This document shows positions 12,909 through 27,051 of a stretch of 64,000 nucleotides of DNA, one piece after another. How positions within the stretch are numbered: position 1 is the first letter of the stretch; each line of letters starts with the position of its first letter. A program made the translations under genes and the position numbers. This DNA comes from Octopus vulgaris (lineage: Eukaryota): positions 106,020,001 through 106,084,000 of the forward strand of contig OX597821.1 in the NCBI GenBank assembly GCA_951406725.2. Reading direction: 5' to 3'. Below the pieces are notes generated by a model that made no database searches, was not told where the DNA came from, and worked only from the letters and a program-made list of their open reading frames with translations.

Positions 12909-15900
12909 TTAGTATTCGTAACCGTTATTATTAATACTGTTGTTGTTTTTGTTGTGGTTGTTGTTGTTATTATTGATATTGCTATTGTTGTTACTGTTGT
13001 TTTCGTTGCTGATGCTTTTGTCGGTTTTCATAATGTTGTTATTCCTAACACCCGTGCCATCCATTGCCTCACTGCATGCTGCACGCCATTTTCCCGGGCT
13101 GCACTTTGATGGATTTCCTTTCAAATTAGATTATAAATGTGTGTTAGCCCTTACTTAACCCCTCCCCAATTTTTTGGAGAAAGAAATATTACAAGTAGTT
13201 CCACATGACTCTCTCACAGGATAGAACATCCGATTTTGTGGGGAGGACGGAAAGAGGAAAAATCGACTGCAATATTGTACTGATATATGTACTTTGTTTA
13301 TTAACAATGGCCTGATCAAAAGCAAAGCTAACCTCAGTGGTATTTAAACTCAGAAAATAAATAGCGAGAGATAATGCTGCAAACGTTTGTTCATGCTTCT
13401 GAAAATCGACCACTATAATGATATTAAAATTAATCGACCGCCTTATTCATGTTTGTATTAATTGACTTATATTTATATCCATAACTAATTACAATAAATG
13501 CGTTAAAAGTTTTATAATATGCAGATATCTGTATCGAAAAATTGATCGTTAGTATCATTGAAATGTAGTTAGTGACATCCATATAAACGCTGTGTTCAAA
13601 ATTATTTGCATTTTCTGGCATGCTAGTTACGATAAACAAACTAACTTACAAATACTAGGCCTTTTAGAAAGAATATATAAACTGCAACTTGTTGGTCAAC
13701 TTTCTGCCTGCGTCAGAAAGCATTTGTAGTCCTGTTCAATTATAATTATATTAGATAATTTGTTTGAATAATAATTACCCCTCGGAAACGGCTGTATTTC
13801 GCAGACACTTTTGAACCTAAGCTTGGGATGCTTATTGTATATATGATTATTACTAGAAAATAGAGTGGAAAATTATTTAAAGCTACTATTGAGATAAAAG
13901 TTGAAACTGTAGTTTTACTCAGGCCAAGAAATTCTGCAGACATATTTCTCACTCTCCTCTCCACCACCTATTTCCTTTTACCAATGTAGTGAAAAATAAA
14001 ATCGTTTTCCTAAGACTGGGGTTTAAATAAATATTGCTTTACACTGTAAAGATTATACTGTATTATCCCCTTGTTTAATGCAAATTTATTAAAATTTGCG
14101 TTATGAATAAGGAGGCAGTGTTTGTCCGACATATTTACTTCCACATATCACGATGGTAGGATTCCAAACAGACTAACGTCATAGTGGACGTCATTATCAC
14201 TCGGATATTAATGGACTGTATTTTATACATTCTGGAAGAATGGAATTGAAAATATCATGTCTCTCATAAACTAAGGACAGACAAAATTAAAACGGTAAAT
14301 TCTTGCTAGTTTTCTATACATGAGAATTTCCAGGAGGCTGAGTAAATTATCGCCTTTGTTAGTTTCACTAGTTTATGAGCAATGTTGTTAAGTAAAATTG
14401 TATCTGTTATAATATGAGAACAACGGTTTAAAGTTAGACTCAATTATGTTTAAAGAAAAAAGAATCTAGGTTAAATATACTTTGGTTTGAGAAAAAGATA
14501 TAAAATTTAAAAGTATATAATACAAATATACTTTGTTCTCGCAAAGTATACAAACTGAATGAAACTTCATTTATATATCTTTGTTATATTTAAGCATAAG
14601 CTCAGAGAGGGTTTACAGCAGTGGTTAAAAGGTGTCGCAGCCATCACGATCACTTTTAAGTTTTAGGCATACTCTGATCAAAAATCTCTTTTAATCACTG
14701 ATATTTCTAGCAGATTTATTCTGTAGATACTACGCCTTAATGTTATGCTTCGTGTTATTTGTTCCGAACCTCTGCTATCTGATATCAAATAATGTTGCGG
14801 CCATATTTTTATTTTCATCATTTCGATATCATTGTTTGTATATAAAAAAAAGGTCACAATGCAGTGTAGTCTATTTGCGTGATTGTGAGTTAAAATCCCA
14901 CTGAAGTTTGTTTGAGTTAAGAATTTAATCCCTCGGTCCAGTTTATCATCCACTGTCACCTTGATGAATACTAATGGAGTTTATAACAATCACTCGGGCC
15001 AGGTCTTCCAATTACGTATATCTCCCTCCTTCTCGCCACCATCTCAGGCCTTGTGTGTACTCGTGGACATTGTTTCAATCTTCTTTAAAGCATATGAAAC
15101 AGGACAGGCATGCATTAGGAGGGATTTATAGGCAACAGATATGAACAGCATAAATGCTCTAACGTTTAAATTTTAAAGTTTAAATGGGTGTTGAATTAAA
15201 TGGTGTAAAGTTAAATTAGTTCAGTATATTACACGCCGCATTACAACATCTCTTTACTATAAACTGTATAATGGATAAGTTAGTTTAACTACACCGAATA
15301 CAATCCGCATTACTAAACTAACCAGGCATATTCTTATGATTGTATATAAGGACAATATTACTGGGGGATTAAAGTTATCCAATTCCATCTACGATTAGGT
15401 TTAGATAATTTTGGACCTGAACAATACATAAATTTCACTAACGTGATAAAGTAGTAATAAGTGACTCCTTTTATATATTTACAATTTTGTATAAGAGTAA
15501 AGTCGTTTTATATTATACTTTAAGCTATATAAGATTAGCCACTTAGCATAAGGATAATAAGACACGTTTGAGAAGAGAATTCTCTTGTAATAAGCGATAT
15601 TTCGCTATGTTTTCAAATAATATACATGATGTGTGTCATTGCAGTATTTTTGTTTTTCATTTTTCTGAGAGGCATACATCGTAAGTATTCATTATTAAAT
15701 ATTCATCGCAATCCAAGTCATAACACTAGTTTCAGAGCTCATTATACAGTAAAAATATTAGGTTCTACCCTATGGAAAAATCCTATATTTTTTTATGTAG
15801 CTAATACATATTGCATCGTTCATGATACACCCAGAGGATAAAGAATATTGCAAAGGCAAGGAAAATAATATTCTTCTATTGACATGCGTATAATATATTT

Positions 15901-16409
15901 TCTACAGACTGAGATGTCATTGGAAGTGAAAACAGCATCTAAAGATTTTTTTGCGTTCAAAAATATTTGACATTTATCATTTTTTGTTTGTCTGTTATAT
16001 TCTCATGTTGTTTAAATGTTCGAGAACATTTGATTGAATTGCCAACATAATTATTTCATAACACTATGCACAATGTGTTTAGGCGTTTTAATGGAACGAA
16101 AACAGAAACTGGGGATAGAATGATGAGAAAATATAAAATCATAGGCTGTATGTACTTGTTTTGCGCGGAGAAGAAAGAGGGCCAGCGATAAGTACAGGAA
16201 GACATTTTCTGTCTTTCTCAATTCCTATCTGTCAGTCTCCCTCTCTCTCTCTCTCTCTCTCTCTTTATCTCTATCTCAGTCTTACTCTCCCTCTCTATAT
16301 ATGTGTGTGTCTGTATGTGTACGTATGCGTGTGTCTGTATGTATGTATCAAGATGCCCGTAATATATAGATAAATGTATACATAATACACGTATGCCCAA
16401 TTTATGTGC

Positions 16410-16505
<96 letters not shown>

Positions 16506-16538
16506 ATCAAGGCAATATGACGCTCTCCAGACAAAGCG

Positions 16539-16597
<59 letters not shown>

Positions 16598-16667
16598 ATA
16601 ATAAGCTTATATCATAAAGAAGCATACTCTAAAAATATAGCAGTGATTATAGCAACAAAAGTTTATA

Positions 16668-16730
16668 TAGAGTCACCCAAGGTTTCGCACCCACAAAGCC
16701 AAGGCCTTCTGGACAGCTCATCAAATTCTA
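16668..16730 (-). ncRNA. Hammerhead motif in the left pLTR (degenerate)
   Basis: Minus strand: tagaat-TTGATGA-gc...gc-GAAA-ccttggg-TG-actcta. C3 is mutated and the triplet is GUG. Confidence 0.7.
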
Positions 16731-16989
16731 TATAAATACAAAATTCGAAAATATCTACGTCGCAGACGTGAGGATACGCTCAGAACTCGAGGAATACGAA
16801 AAAGCGTTAATTGTGACGGGTTATTTGCCCTTAATTAGGGGGAAATCCTTTATGGACTCAGTGTGGCCTAACGAGTGTACGGGGAAACCTAGTTTCTTGT
16901 TAAATAGAGCTTGAAGTGGATACGTTTAGAAAACACTTCTTTACAGATATTTAATATGCGAGGTTTTTTATATACTTTAAGAATGTTAG

Positions 16990-19032
16990 TTTTCTCTGCG
17001 ATTAAGTTCTTGCAACGGCCATTTTCATGAATATACGGGCCCGGAAAATCAATTAAATTCCCTTGATATCACAAGAGGTTTCTTGATTTTTGAGGTCTCA
17101 CACATGGCGGGCCAGGGACGTAACAAACCATCTTTCTGGGACTCTCAAGATTGAATTGTGGTTAAGAGAACGTTTCATGAACGAAGTACTCGCCGAAACA
17201 ATGTATTTATAAACCCGGCATGTAGCCCTATTCACACTCCTGGTAACATATTGAGCGGGGCTTGTTATCGTATCGGTGTCGAAGGTGACTATTTGGTACT
17301 CATCTGAGGTGGCGGAACTGGGAACAACAGATACTTCCTCCAAGTTGTCGGTCCGGACAGGTCATTATTTCTAGGTGCATCGTTTGCACTGGCGTTAACA
17401 AACATTGCAGGACTGGTCACTCTATCTGCATCTATGGTTTGTTCATTATTCGTGGCGTTGGTACCGGGGTCGTCAGTGACGCTCTCTGTGATGATGGTCC
17501 TGGCTTGGTTATTATTTCAGGGCGTGGCAATTGTATTGGCGTGGTTAATCTGCTAATAAAATCGTTGTTTGATGTTACATTACTGTTATTACGGATATTA
17601 GGACCAGGCATCACCGTAGCCTCGTAAATGACTCACTCGCATCGCAAAGGTGTCCAGGAGTTACTGTCCAATAAGATTACAGACGTCGGCGCTGTTATAT
17701 GCTCCCATAGCTACATCAAAGGAGCCCTCGGGGCCAGTTATAATATACTCTGAAAGAGCAACCTGCCTCTTCCCTTGTATTATGGGTACTTTTTATATTT
17801 TTTTACGTTAGGCGCACAACTAAAGGTGACTCTTAGGTTGTGCTTCCTAAACAAATGCCTGTATCTATGTGTGTGTGTAAAATCTTTGACTCCTAATCTA
17901 AAGAAAATCTTTACGACACAAGTCTTGATGTTGAGTGAGAAGGGTGGAGCAAAGCAAAATATATTTCTGCGGCGCTTCAGTTTCTGGTTTCTAGGTTCAG
18001 GCATGTAGGAGATGCGGTCATTAAATCTAGTCGATGGCACTGCCTCATTGTAGTAGGGGGCATTGGCGTCGATGATATCTTGAGTCGAGGATAGATTTGA
18101 GATTCTCTTGCTTACACCTTTCAATAGTTTCTAGAAAACTATCAGGCGGGGGATGCAGGAAGTTGTGCTAAAATTATGCAGTCTCTCGTGTGGCTTGTGA
18201 TAGGGCCTGTATGTACCAGAGCCCAGATCTAAAGTTTGCATCTAAAAGAAATCTAGTGTGTTGAGATTAATCTCAATGGTGATATTGAAACCCATTGAGC
18301 CTAAGGTGTTAATTAGGTCTTTTCTAAATCTATCTAATGTGTGGCCGTTGGCCGCTCCAGAGATGTCCACGGTGTCATCTCAGTAGACGCCGAAGATGAC
18401 TGATGAAAACCTCTTCCTCCAGGTATCCTGGACGTACATTCTGATAAGATCACAGACGTCGGCGCTGTCACATGCTCTCATAACTACATCAAAGGATCCC
18501 TCGGGGTCAGATTACTTTACCAAAGTTCAATCTTTGCTGAACAGCACCGTCTTCCTGGCATGCATGAGAACTCTAACATCCCTATCCCTAATATCTGTGA
18601 AGCCCTTGGCAAACGAAAATGCATTCAATAATAACTCTTTAGAAATAGATGGGGAATATTCGACAATATCGGACTGTGAAAATCTTACCCCCCTGCCTCT
18701 GTCCCAGTTGTCAATGAACCATGAGGTTATCTCATTGGTGCTGCGCCATAGACGGAATCTCGTGTGTCTTCTTATGTCATCATTAAACTGCCTCAGTTAC
18801 ACTTACTCGCCTGGCCAATGTTGGGGTTAGAGACAAAATTTGGCTTGTGATCTTTCAGAGTTATAAAAGCATTTCTCTTGGACAAGATTTCTACTCTGTC
18901 TGATATTAGAAGATTATCTGCGATTTGTTTAGCCTTACAATTAATGTTATTGTAAGTGTGTAGGGAAGCTTGTCTGTATTTTTGTGTGATTGAATCATTT
19001 AAAAGCCTGTCGTAAGCGTATATATATATCAT
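16990..19032 (-). pseudogene. Penelope RT + GIY-YIG endonuclease polyprotein, broken by stops and frameshifts
   Basis: AFITLKDHKPNF; FDVVMRACDSADVCDL (18446-18493); FGVY*DD (YRDD with a stop, 18374-18385); linker RRRNIFCFAPPFSLNIKT...LRVTFSC; endonuclease YKYIVSASTSFMKRSLNH...TSLARHV. Confidence 0.9.
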
Positions 19033-19624
19033 GTGTAAGCTCTTAGTCTTACGAGAAGATTAAGGAGTTAGAGGTTTTTGTATATATAGAGTTGTTTGTA
19101 TATATTCACAGCTTTGGCTTCGTGAAGGGGAAAATGATTTACAGAATTTCAGTCTGAGATTTAAGCCTAGTAATTCCGTTTCAAAGGCCTCGAGCTCGTG
19201 ATTCTAAGTCGGGAGTTCCTAGACTTGATACCGTATATAATAGCCTTAGATGGTGGCGTGATTTAATCATAGAGAAACGCCACACTTTCCATATCATACA
19301 CATTATAAGATCTATAATTTTCTCTAATAACATTTTCGTGTAGAACTCATTCGTAAGTTTAGGGATATTTTTGTAGAATATCCTCAATTTAAACGTTTCA
19401 CGCTACGCTATCTTTGAGGTAGCACTTGATATGTAGAAGCGCTACTTACTAGAAAATTGGGTCTCCCAGTTTGCTTGTTAGGCCTCTCCGAGTCTATAAA
19501 GGTTTATTTCCATCTCAGTAAGGAGAACTAACCCATGGTTTCATTAAAATTTTTTTCATATTCCTCGAGTTCGGAGTGTTTCCGCACGTCTCCGACGTAG
19601 ATAAGTTTGAATTTTTTATTCATT

Positions 19625-19687
19625 TAGATTCTGACAAACTGTGAACAAGGCCTTGGCTTTGTGGGTGCGAAACCTTGGGTAACTCTA
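19625..19687 (+). ncRNA. Hammerhead motif in the inverted right pLTR (degenerate)
   Basis: tagatt-CTGACAA-...gc-GAAA-ccttggg-TA-actcta. G8 is mutated and the triplet is GUA. Confidence 0.7.
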
Positions 19688-19707
19688 TATAGAATTTTGT
19701 TGTAATA

Positions 19708-19815
<108 letters not shown>

Positions 19816-19889
19816 TGTATGTATGTATATATGCATGTATGTATGTATGTATGTATGTATGTATGTATGTATGTATGTATGTATATATA

Positions 19890-20320
19890 CTCTTTTCCTC
19901 TTTTATTTGTTTCAGTCATTTGGCTGCGACAGTGCTGGACCACTACCTTGAAAGATTTGTGACGAACGATTCGACTAGATGACTTACTCATTAAAGCCTA
20001 GTACTTTTTCTATCGGATGTTGTATAACATACCAACACCAGTTGTCAAGTGGTGATGGGAGGACAACCACAGACACAAACACACCTGTTTCACACATACA
20101 CATACACATACAAACACGCATACACATACGCGCACACATATATACACATACACGCATATACATATACACATACGTTGGTCTTCTTTCAGTTCACATCTAC
20201 CAAATCCATTCATAATTGATTGATCGGACCGATGCCAGCAAAAGAAAACTGCCCAAGGTGTCACGCAGTGAGAATGAACACGGAATCAAACTGTTACAAG
20301 GCAAATTCTTACCATACCTC
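19890..20320 (-). mobile_element. SINE (family of 22779-23235)
   Basis: Reverse-complement match to tggtagacggaaactgaaagaa and tccagcatggct...aaatgactgaaacaa, with an internal (TG)-rich tract. Confidence 0.75.
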
Positions 20321-20446
20321 CTTTCCTGGATATCGGAAATAAATATTTTTCCAGCTTGGAACTCGAAGCACACTCACACACACTCTCTCTCCCTCTCTCT
20401 CACACACACGCACATATATGTATATATATATATATATATATATTTC

Positions 20447-20750
20447 AACAATTGAGGGTAAAATTAATTAATTATTAATCAATTTCACCAAGTGTTCAGT
20501 ATGCAAAGGGACCATTTAAGGCGAATTCAAATTATTACATTATATAAAAGGGCTTAGTAAAATAAATTACTTTGCCGCATACTGAACTCATTAGAAATAG
20601 CAGCTAAAAAACTTTTTTAAAGCTATTTCTAATACTTAAAGAAAATCTTTAAGTATTAGAAATAGCTTTAAAAAAGTTTTTTAGCTGCTATTTCTAATGA
20701 GTTCAGTATGCGGCAAAGTAATTTATTTTACTAAGCCCTTTTATATAATG

Positions 20751-20754
<4 letters not shown>
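20447..20754. mobile_element. PLE-derived terminal fragment forming a perfect 109-bp-arm palindrome
   Basis: 20534-20642 is the reverse complement of 20646-20754 with an AAA loop. The tail 20447-20533 and the arm are homologous to the end of the 54389-54918 element. (TA)n on both sides. Confidence 0.85.
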
Positions 20755-20815
<61 letters not shown>

Positions 20816-22778
20816 GTAATGGCGTTTGCAGTGTTCGTTTAACAAAGTGTTTGAAGGAAAATTTTGTAGGCTGCACGTGGTCAAGTTTTGGTCATTGCCA
20901 TCAAATTTTTTGAACTCAGTAGTTAGATGCTATTATATATAATTCTTATTTACTTGGAGTTCCATCGTTAAAAATGTTTTCTTTAACATATCTAGAAGGT
21001 TCTATATTAATATGATGTAAATAATAGTCCACACATGCACATTCACCAATACACACGCATGCACATTCTTACATATGTATACTTGTATGTATGTAGGTAT
21101 GTATGCATGCATGTGTGAGCGGACGAACGGATCGTTGGATATATGGATATGTATTTGAGTAGTAAACAAGTAAATATGTTATTGCTGGAAAATGGAATAA
21201 GGTAAGAAAGTTAAAACTAGACAAATGGATTCTGGTAAACAGACTGACTCGTCGGTGGATAGGTTGAAGACGAAAAGACATATAAGAGAGACAAAGAAAT
21301 AAAGATAAGAGGAAAACGATATTGATTTACATATGTACAAGTTGTGAATGTTATAAATCACCAGTATGTGACTATGTCTAAAGAAAATTGTATATTCGAA
21401 CAGGTAGGCAGATAGTGATGCATTAAGATAAGAGAAAAATGATTAAGACGCATATGTAAATCATTCAGAAACAGAAGTCTGGGAGATATATTACTTGTTT
21501 ATTAGCAGCAGAAACAAATTAGTAGCGAGAAATAGTGAAAAGTGACTAAGTTGTATTTGGCTATGTGTGAGTGCAATTTTGATTCAGACGGAGATAAGTG
21601 GATATGTAAAGAATGAAAGAAACTGAAAGCAAAAAAAAAAAAAAAAAAAAAAAATGAGCGGAAACGAAAGGTATATTGTTAGAGATAAAATAAGGAAATA
21701 GTAACCAAGATGTAAACATGAATTCATTGTTTGCATTTGGGAGTTATGTTGCATAAAATTTGCATAATACTTTCGGAATAAACTTGTAATTGTTGATATT
21801 TATCTTATTTTATTTTGTTTTTCATGTCACCTAAGGAATTTAGTTATATGTTCGACATGTGCGTTCTTGTTTCATAATCAAAACATGACTATGGAAGTAA
21901 CACAGCTGTCAGTTAACCCGGGGAGCTGAATACGATTTTTCATTGAAATCCTATCAATTCTGATAAAAATTCCCCCAGCTTCTCTACCGCCATCGAATCG
22001 GTTGCTTCTATTATAGATATCACCTTTGGCGCCGTCATGATCTTCATTTAAATCATCGTCATGGACGTCATTGTTATCGTCGTCGCCATCATTACCTTTA
22101 TCATCGCCGTTGTCGTCGTCGTCATCGTTATCATTATCATTATCGTCTCCATCATCAGCATCATATTCATAATCGTCATTTCTCCATGGCATTCATCGAC
22201 TTCATCTCCATCATCATCAACATCATCATCGTCGTTGTCAATGCTATTCTCTTCTTCGTCATTATGTTTCTGTTCATCGTTCTAGAGCCCTTGGCATCTG
22301 AGTGATCAATTAAGTTGTCGATAATAATGTCAAAAGCAACGGCGCTACTCCTACCGCGCCCACTACCAGCAAAATAACAATATCACTAATGCAGTACTCG
22401 TCTCACTGTCGCCACTACCACAAACAACAGCACCGATAAAGATACCAGCACTAGAACACTACAACCATAACCACGACCACAACCAACACATCCTTTCAGA
22501 TCCCAACGTTGCCAGTCACTACGACCAACATTCCGAACCTCATCACCATCACAGCGAAGAATACAACAACAGCCACCACAACAGTATAACTATTGCTACG
22601 AAAGCTCTGCCGGTTATGCATACTTCACCTGATATTAATTCAATAAGATTACATTTATTACAATATCAGCCCCCAAATCAAAGAAGTTACACAACAACAC
22701 AATCTCGGCGTTCCTGTATTGGTAACACCAATGTCATCATCACAAAAATAACTGTGGTATAAAAGATGACGTATAAAA

Positions 22779-22943
22779 GGCGTAGGAGTGGCTGTGTGGT
22801 AAGTAGCTTGCTTACAAACCACATGGTTCCGGGTTCAGTCCTACTATGTGGTAAATTGGGCAAGTGTCTTCTACTATAGTTTCCGGCCGACCAAAGGTTT
22901 GTGAGTGGGTTTGGTAGACGGAAACTGAAAGAAACCCGTCGTA

Positions 22944-22994
<51 letters not shown>

Positions 22995-23235
22995 CTGTTT
23001 GTGTGTGTGTGTGCGTGTTTGTGTGTGTGTGTGTGTTTGTGTGTCTGCGTTTGTCCCACTAACATCGCTTGACAACCGATGGCGGTGTGTTTACGTCCCC
23101 GTAACTTAGTGGTTCGGCAAAAGAGACGATAGACTAAGTACTAGGCTTACAAAGAATAATTATTGGGGTCGATTTGCTCGACTGAAGCCGGTGCTCCAGC
23201 ATGGCTACAGTCAAATGACTGAAACAAGTAAAAGA
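22779..23235 (+). mobile_element. tRNA-derived octopus-type SINE with internal (TA)n/(TG)n
   Basis: ggcgtaggagTGGCTGTGTGGtaag (A box), gGTTCAGTCCt (B-box-like). Several copies in the window. Confidence 0.85.
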
Positions 23236-24189
23236 GAGAGAAAGAGCATATAGCGAGTGACCTTGTCTGTAATTCGCTAAAAGTAGCAACTGAGTATATT
23301 CCGCAATTTTAACATACAATCTTATGAAATAAAAATGACAGATACAAAAATGTAATCTTCGTTACGTAATGTGAAATGAATGAGTTAATACTTCTGCTTG
23401 TAATTCTCAACGTGATATCTGTTGCACGGATCTGCAATGTCATGTGTCTGTTGCGTGAACACAACCTAATGGTTAAACATAAAAATGCAGCATACATACA
23501 ATAGTAACATCATCAACAAAAACAACACCAATTGAAAACCATGAAACATAGAATTAACAATTAATTACTAGCTGAAGCCATTAAAATATTCGAACAAACA
23601 GAAAGGTTAATGAAACGTTTGAAACCTGCTATTAATTCTGAATCACATGTTTGTGCTTGAGGACTTACGATTATTAGATGCTGTTGACTAAAGCAAGGGA
23701 TATAACGAATTTTTATTTTGTGAATTTTAACTTTTTCTTTTGTGAGAACTTGTATAGCGCTGCCTAGGGTTTACATATCTAAGAAGGTATATTGTCTGTA
23801 GTGCAACACACATATTGACACAATCAGAAGAGTATCTTCACATAGTAACTTCAACAATGAGAAAAGTTCCTGCATAAATCTCTTTACTAACGAAGGCGAT
23901 CCACGTGACCGGTCAGGCCAATATATAAATACAACTAAATGACTAGTTGATTTTCAAGAAATAATTGCAGCCAAGAACCCACCAAATTTCTTTCTCAAAA
24001 AATAAAATGACTCAGTGTCATACAATTTTTTATGCATATCCAGAAACCGAATCCGACAGTTTTCGGCAAAAGGCTTGCTTAAGAAATGTTGATAAAATAC
24101 TACGCTATTCAACAAATCTCAAGAAAATTACCGATACTGGTACATTTTGGAAGAAAGACTATACTAAAACAACCATACTCGCTTCCTTT

Positions 24190-24915
24190 TGAGGAACTGC
24201 TCATAGCATTTAATAATATCAGAGAACTGGGAGTAATTGCTGATAAGAAACTCAGCTGGACAATAAGGTCCAATAAGGTCCGCATCAACAATAAGGTCGA
24301 TATGCTCATAGGATGAGCTCCTGGATCCTAAGAACCTTCCGGTTTAGACAACATTCCTCTTTACTCCTCTTTTGTACGGCCACAACTCGACTACCGCTGC
24401 CCCCTATGGTCTCCCCGTACAAAACAAAACATCATGAAAATCGAATCACCCTAGAGGTCATTCACTAAGAGAATTAATGGTGTGACTGATGTTGATTGTG
24501 CCGCCAAGCATTGAAACTCTATTCTCTCCAGCGCCGCCGTCAGCGATACATTTTTGCAGCATGTGGAGAATATGCCGCCGTCAGCGATACATTTTTGCAG
24601 CATGTGGAGAATATACCACCGTTTTTGCCCAAGCGACCTCAACATTAGCTTTAAAATTCATCCAAGGCTATGACCTCAGGTCATAGTCCCCTATCCAGTT
24701 CAGGATCACAACATAAAAACACTGTGCAACACAATTTCTTTTCATCAACAGGCCCTGCCCTATTTAACACCGTCCCGAAACGGATAACAGAAGAAAAGGA
24801 TCCCGTTTCTTTTAAACGGAATCTGGACAAATTTCTTCAGGGAATACCAGAGAAGCCACTGATATTTGGATACAACTCACTCAAAAAGAACTCGCTACTC
24901 GAATGAACCACAATA
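24190..24915 (+). mobile_element. 5'-truncated LINE (CR1/L2/Jockey-type RT C-terminus), pseudogene
   Basis: IRELGVIADKKLSW, WILRTFR, RPQLDYRCPLWSP, RSFTKRING, LYSLQRRR...SFKRNLDKFL, followed by an A-rich tail. Confidence 0.8.
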
Positions 24916-25205
24916 CCCAAAAAAAAAAAAAGACCTGACTAAAAAGGGATTTAACCAATCCTATCAAGTGGTGCTATTGAATTAGAAATCGACCGATCTT
25001 TGGTCGAAACTAACTTTGGTTGTCTAAGTTATCTAAGTTATTCAATAGTCATTTGTTCGTGTTTGTTTGCAATGATACGGTGCAATTCTCTGTTTATGTG
25101 GTAAATACATACATACATACATACATACATACATACATACATACATACATACATACATGCATACATACATACATACATGCATGCATGCATACATATATAT
25201 ATATA

Positions 25206-25494
25206 TCACCGTGATCACCGTGATCACCGTGACCGACCAGGCTATCAGATGTTGCTACACATCGCTGGTCACAACGCGCTTCGCATTGTTTTAGTCTACA
25301 AATGACGCCACCCCGCTGGCTAAGCGAGCAGGCAAATAGGAGAATGAGAGAAAGTTGTGACAAACGAGTACAGCAGGGATCACCACCATCCCCTGCTGGG
25401 GATTGATTTTGCTCAATACGCCCGCTCTGGGAATCGAAACCACGATCCTACAACTGCGAGTCCGCTCTCCTAACCACTGGGCCATTGCGTTTCC
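25206..25494 (-). mobile_element. tRNA-derived SINE with 9-bp tandem tail
   Basis: Minus strand A box TGGCCCAGTGG and B box GTTTCGATTCC. The 3' end is (cacggtgat)x3. Confidence 0.8.
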
Positions 25495-25519
25495 ACCCCC
25501 CCACACATATATATATACA

Positions 25520-25554
<35 letters not shown>

Positions 25555-25829
25555 TTCTAATAAATAAATAAATATATATGTATGTATGTTTGTATGTATG
25601 TATGTATGTATATATAACAAGGAAGTTAGAGAGAAGTAATGATATTCAGAATGCATTTAATACGTACGTTTCTGGTCTTCCGCATGAGATTAAAAGGAAA
25701 TTGATATCTTACCCCAGACAGATCTCATTTATGCATTAAAAAATATTATGACAATCAAATATAAGTTAGATTAACTGCATATCATAAGCGTATTCTAATT
25801 TTTCTCTCCCACTCTTCCTCTTTTTCACC

Positions 25830-25860
<31 letters not shown>

Positions 25861-25977
25861 CTTCTTCTTCTTCTTCTTCTTCTTCTTCTTCTTCTTCTTC
25901 TTCTTCCTCCTTCTTCTTCTTCTTCTTCTTCTTCTTCTTCTTCTTCTTCTTCTTCTTCTTCTTCTTCTTCTTCTTCT
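25830..25977. repeat. (TTC)n microsatellite
   Basis: Read directly. Confidence 0.97.
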
Positions 25978-26012
25978 CTATGCATACATACTTAAATGCA
26001 CACGCACACAAA

Positions 26013-26055
<43 letters not shown>

Positions 26056-26648
26056 GCATCTACACATATATACCTACATCCACACAAAGTTACACATATT
26101 TATAAGTACACCCCACCACGAAACACACACACACATGTGTATGTATACATACAGATATATAATGTTACATTCATATATTTGAACGTATACTCAATATGGG
26201 TGAATCATCGCATTCTTCATATCCACGTGGAATATATATGAACGAATGGTTCCTAACTTATTGCCATAAGAGAGTTACATCTCCAGTCGAAGCGTCACCG
26301 CTTCATGATCCATCTCAGCCGCTGCGAGACGCATCGCTCTAGTTTGGGAAATTATATGAATGTAAGGCACTTGTGTATTATTTTATCAATTTACCGTGGA
26401 GATATTGCAGTAAATTAAGTCTCATTGTGATGTACTTCGAAGTTATCATAAGACGATAACCATTAAGTTTGGTACGAGGGACCTAACGGTTTGAACATTT
26501 CACTCATTAATATATACCTATAAAATAAAATGAAAGAATTTTCATCAAATAAACATTTTTTTTTTCTGTTGAGAGCAAAGTCATTTCTGGTATAGAAGAC
26601 TTTTAAAAAATATATTAAGTTCTATTAATTTCTATTCCGTTTGTTCAT

Positions 26649-26720
<72 letters not shown>

Positions 26721-26807
26721 CCATACGGCCATACATATGAATGTTGTTTACTCTATATTCTTTCCTATGGGCAGACTCATTTACATACATGTAAAAATAG
26801 ATATATA

Positions 26808-26969
26808 GGCGTAGGAGTGGGTGTGGGGTAAGAGACGTGTTTCCCAACCAGATGATTCCGGTTTCACTCTTACTGCGTGGCCCCTTGGGAAAGTGTCTCA
26901 TACTATAGCCTCGGGCTGGCCGAATACCTATGAGCGGATTTGGTAGACGGAAACTGAAAGAATTCCGTC

Positions 26970-27051
<82 letters not shown>

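Larger units (their letters stand above)
16593..19705 (-). mobile_element. Penelope-like retroelement, degenerate, with inverted pLTRs, inserted in (TA)n
   Basis: About 155-bp inverted terminal repeats (16648-16803 and 19550-19705), each with a hammerhead motif. RT, linker and GIY-YIG remnants on the minus strand. Confidence 0.92.

Noticed and set aside
13700-14400. Possible ancient RT remnant on the minus strand
   Set aside because: Motif resemblance is too weak to support by eye. A profile-HMM search would be needed.
18396-18830. 144-aa plus-strand ORF
   Set aside because: Antisense shadow of the Penelope RT on the minus strand.
21990-22620. Asp-rich and Thr-rich ORFs (similar sequence at 63520-63640)
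   Set aside because: Decayed (ATC)n/(ACC)n low-complexity sequence.
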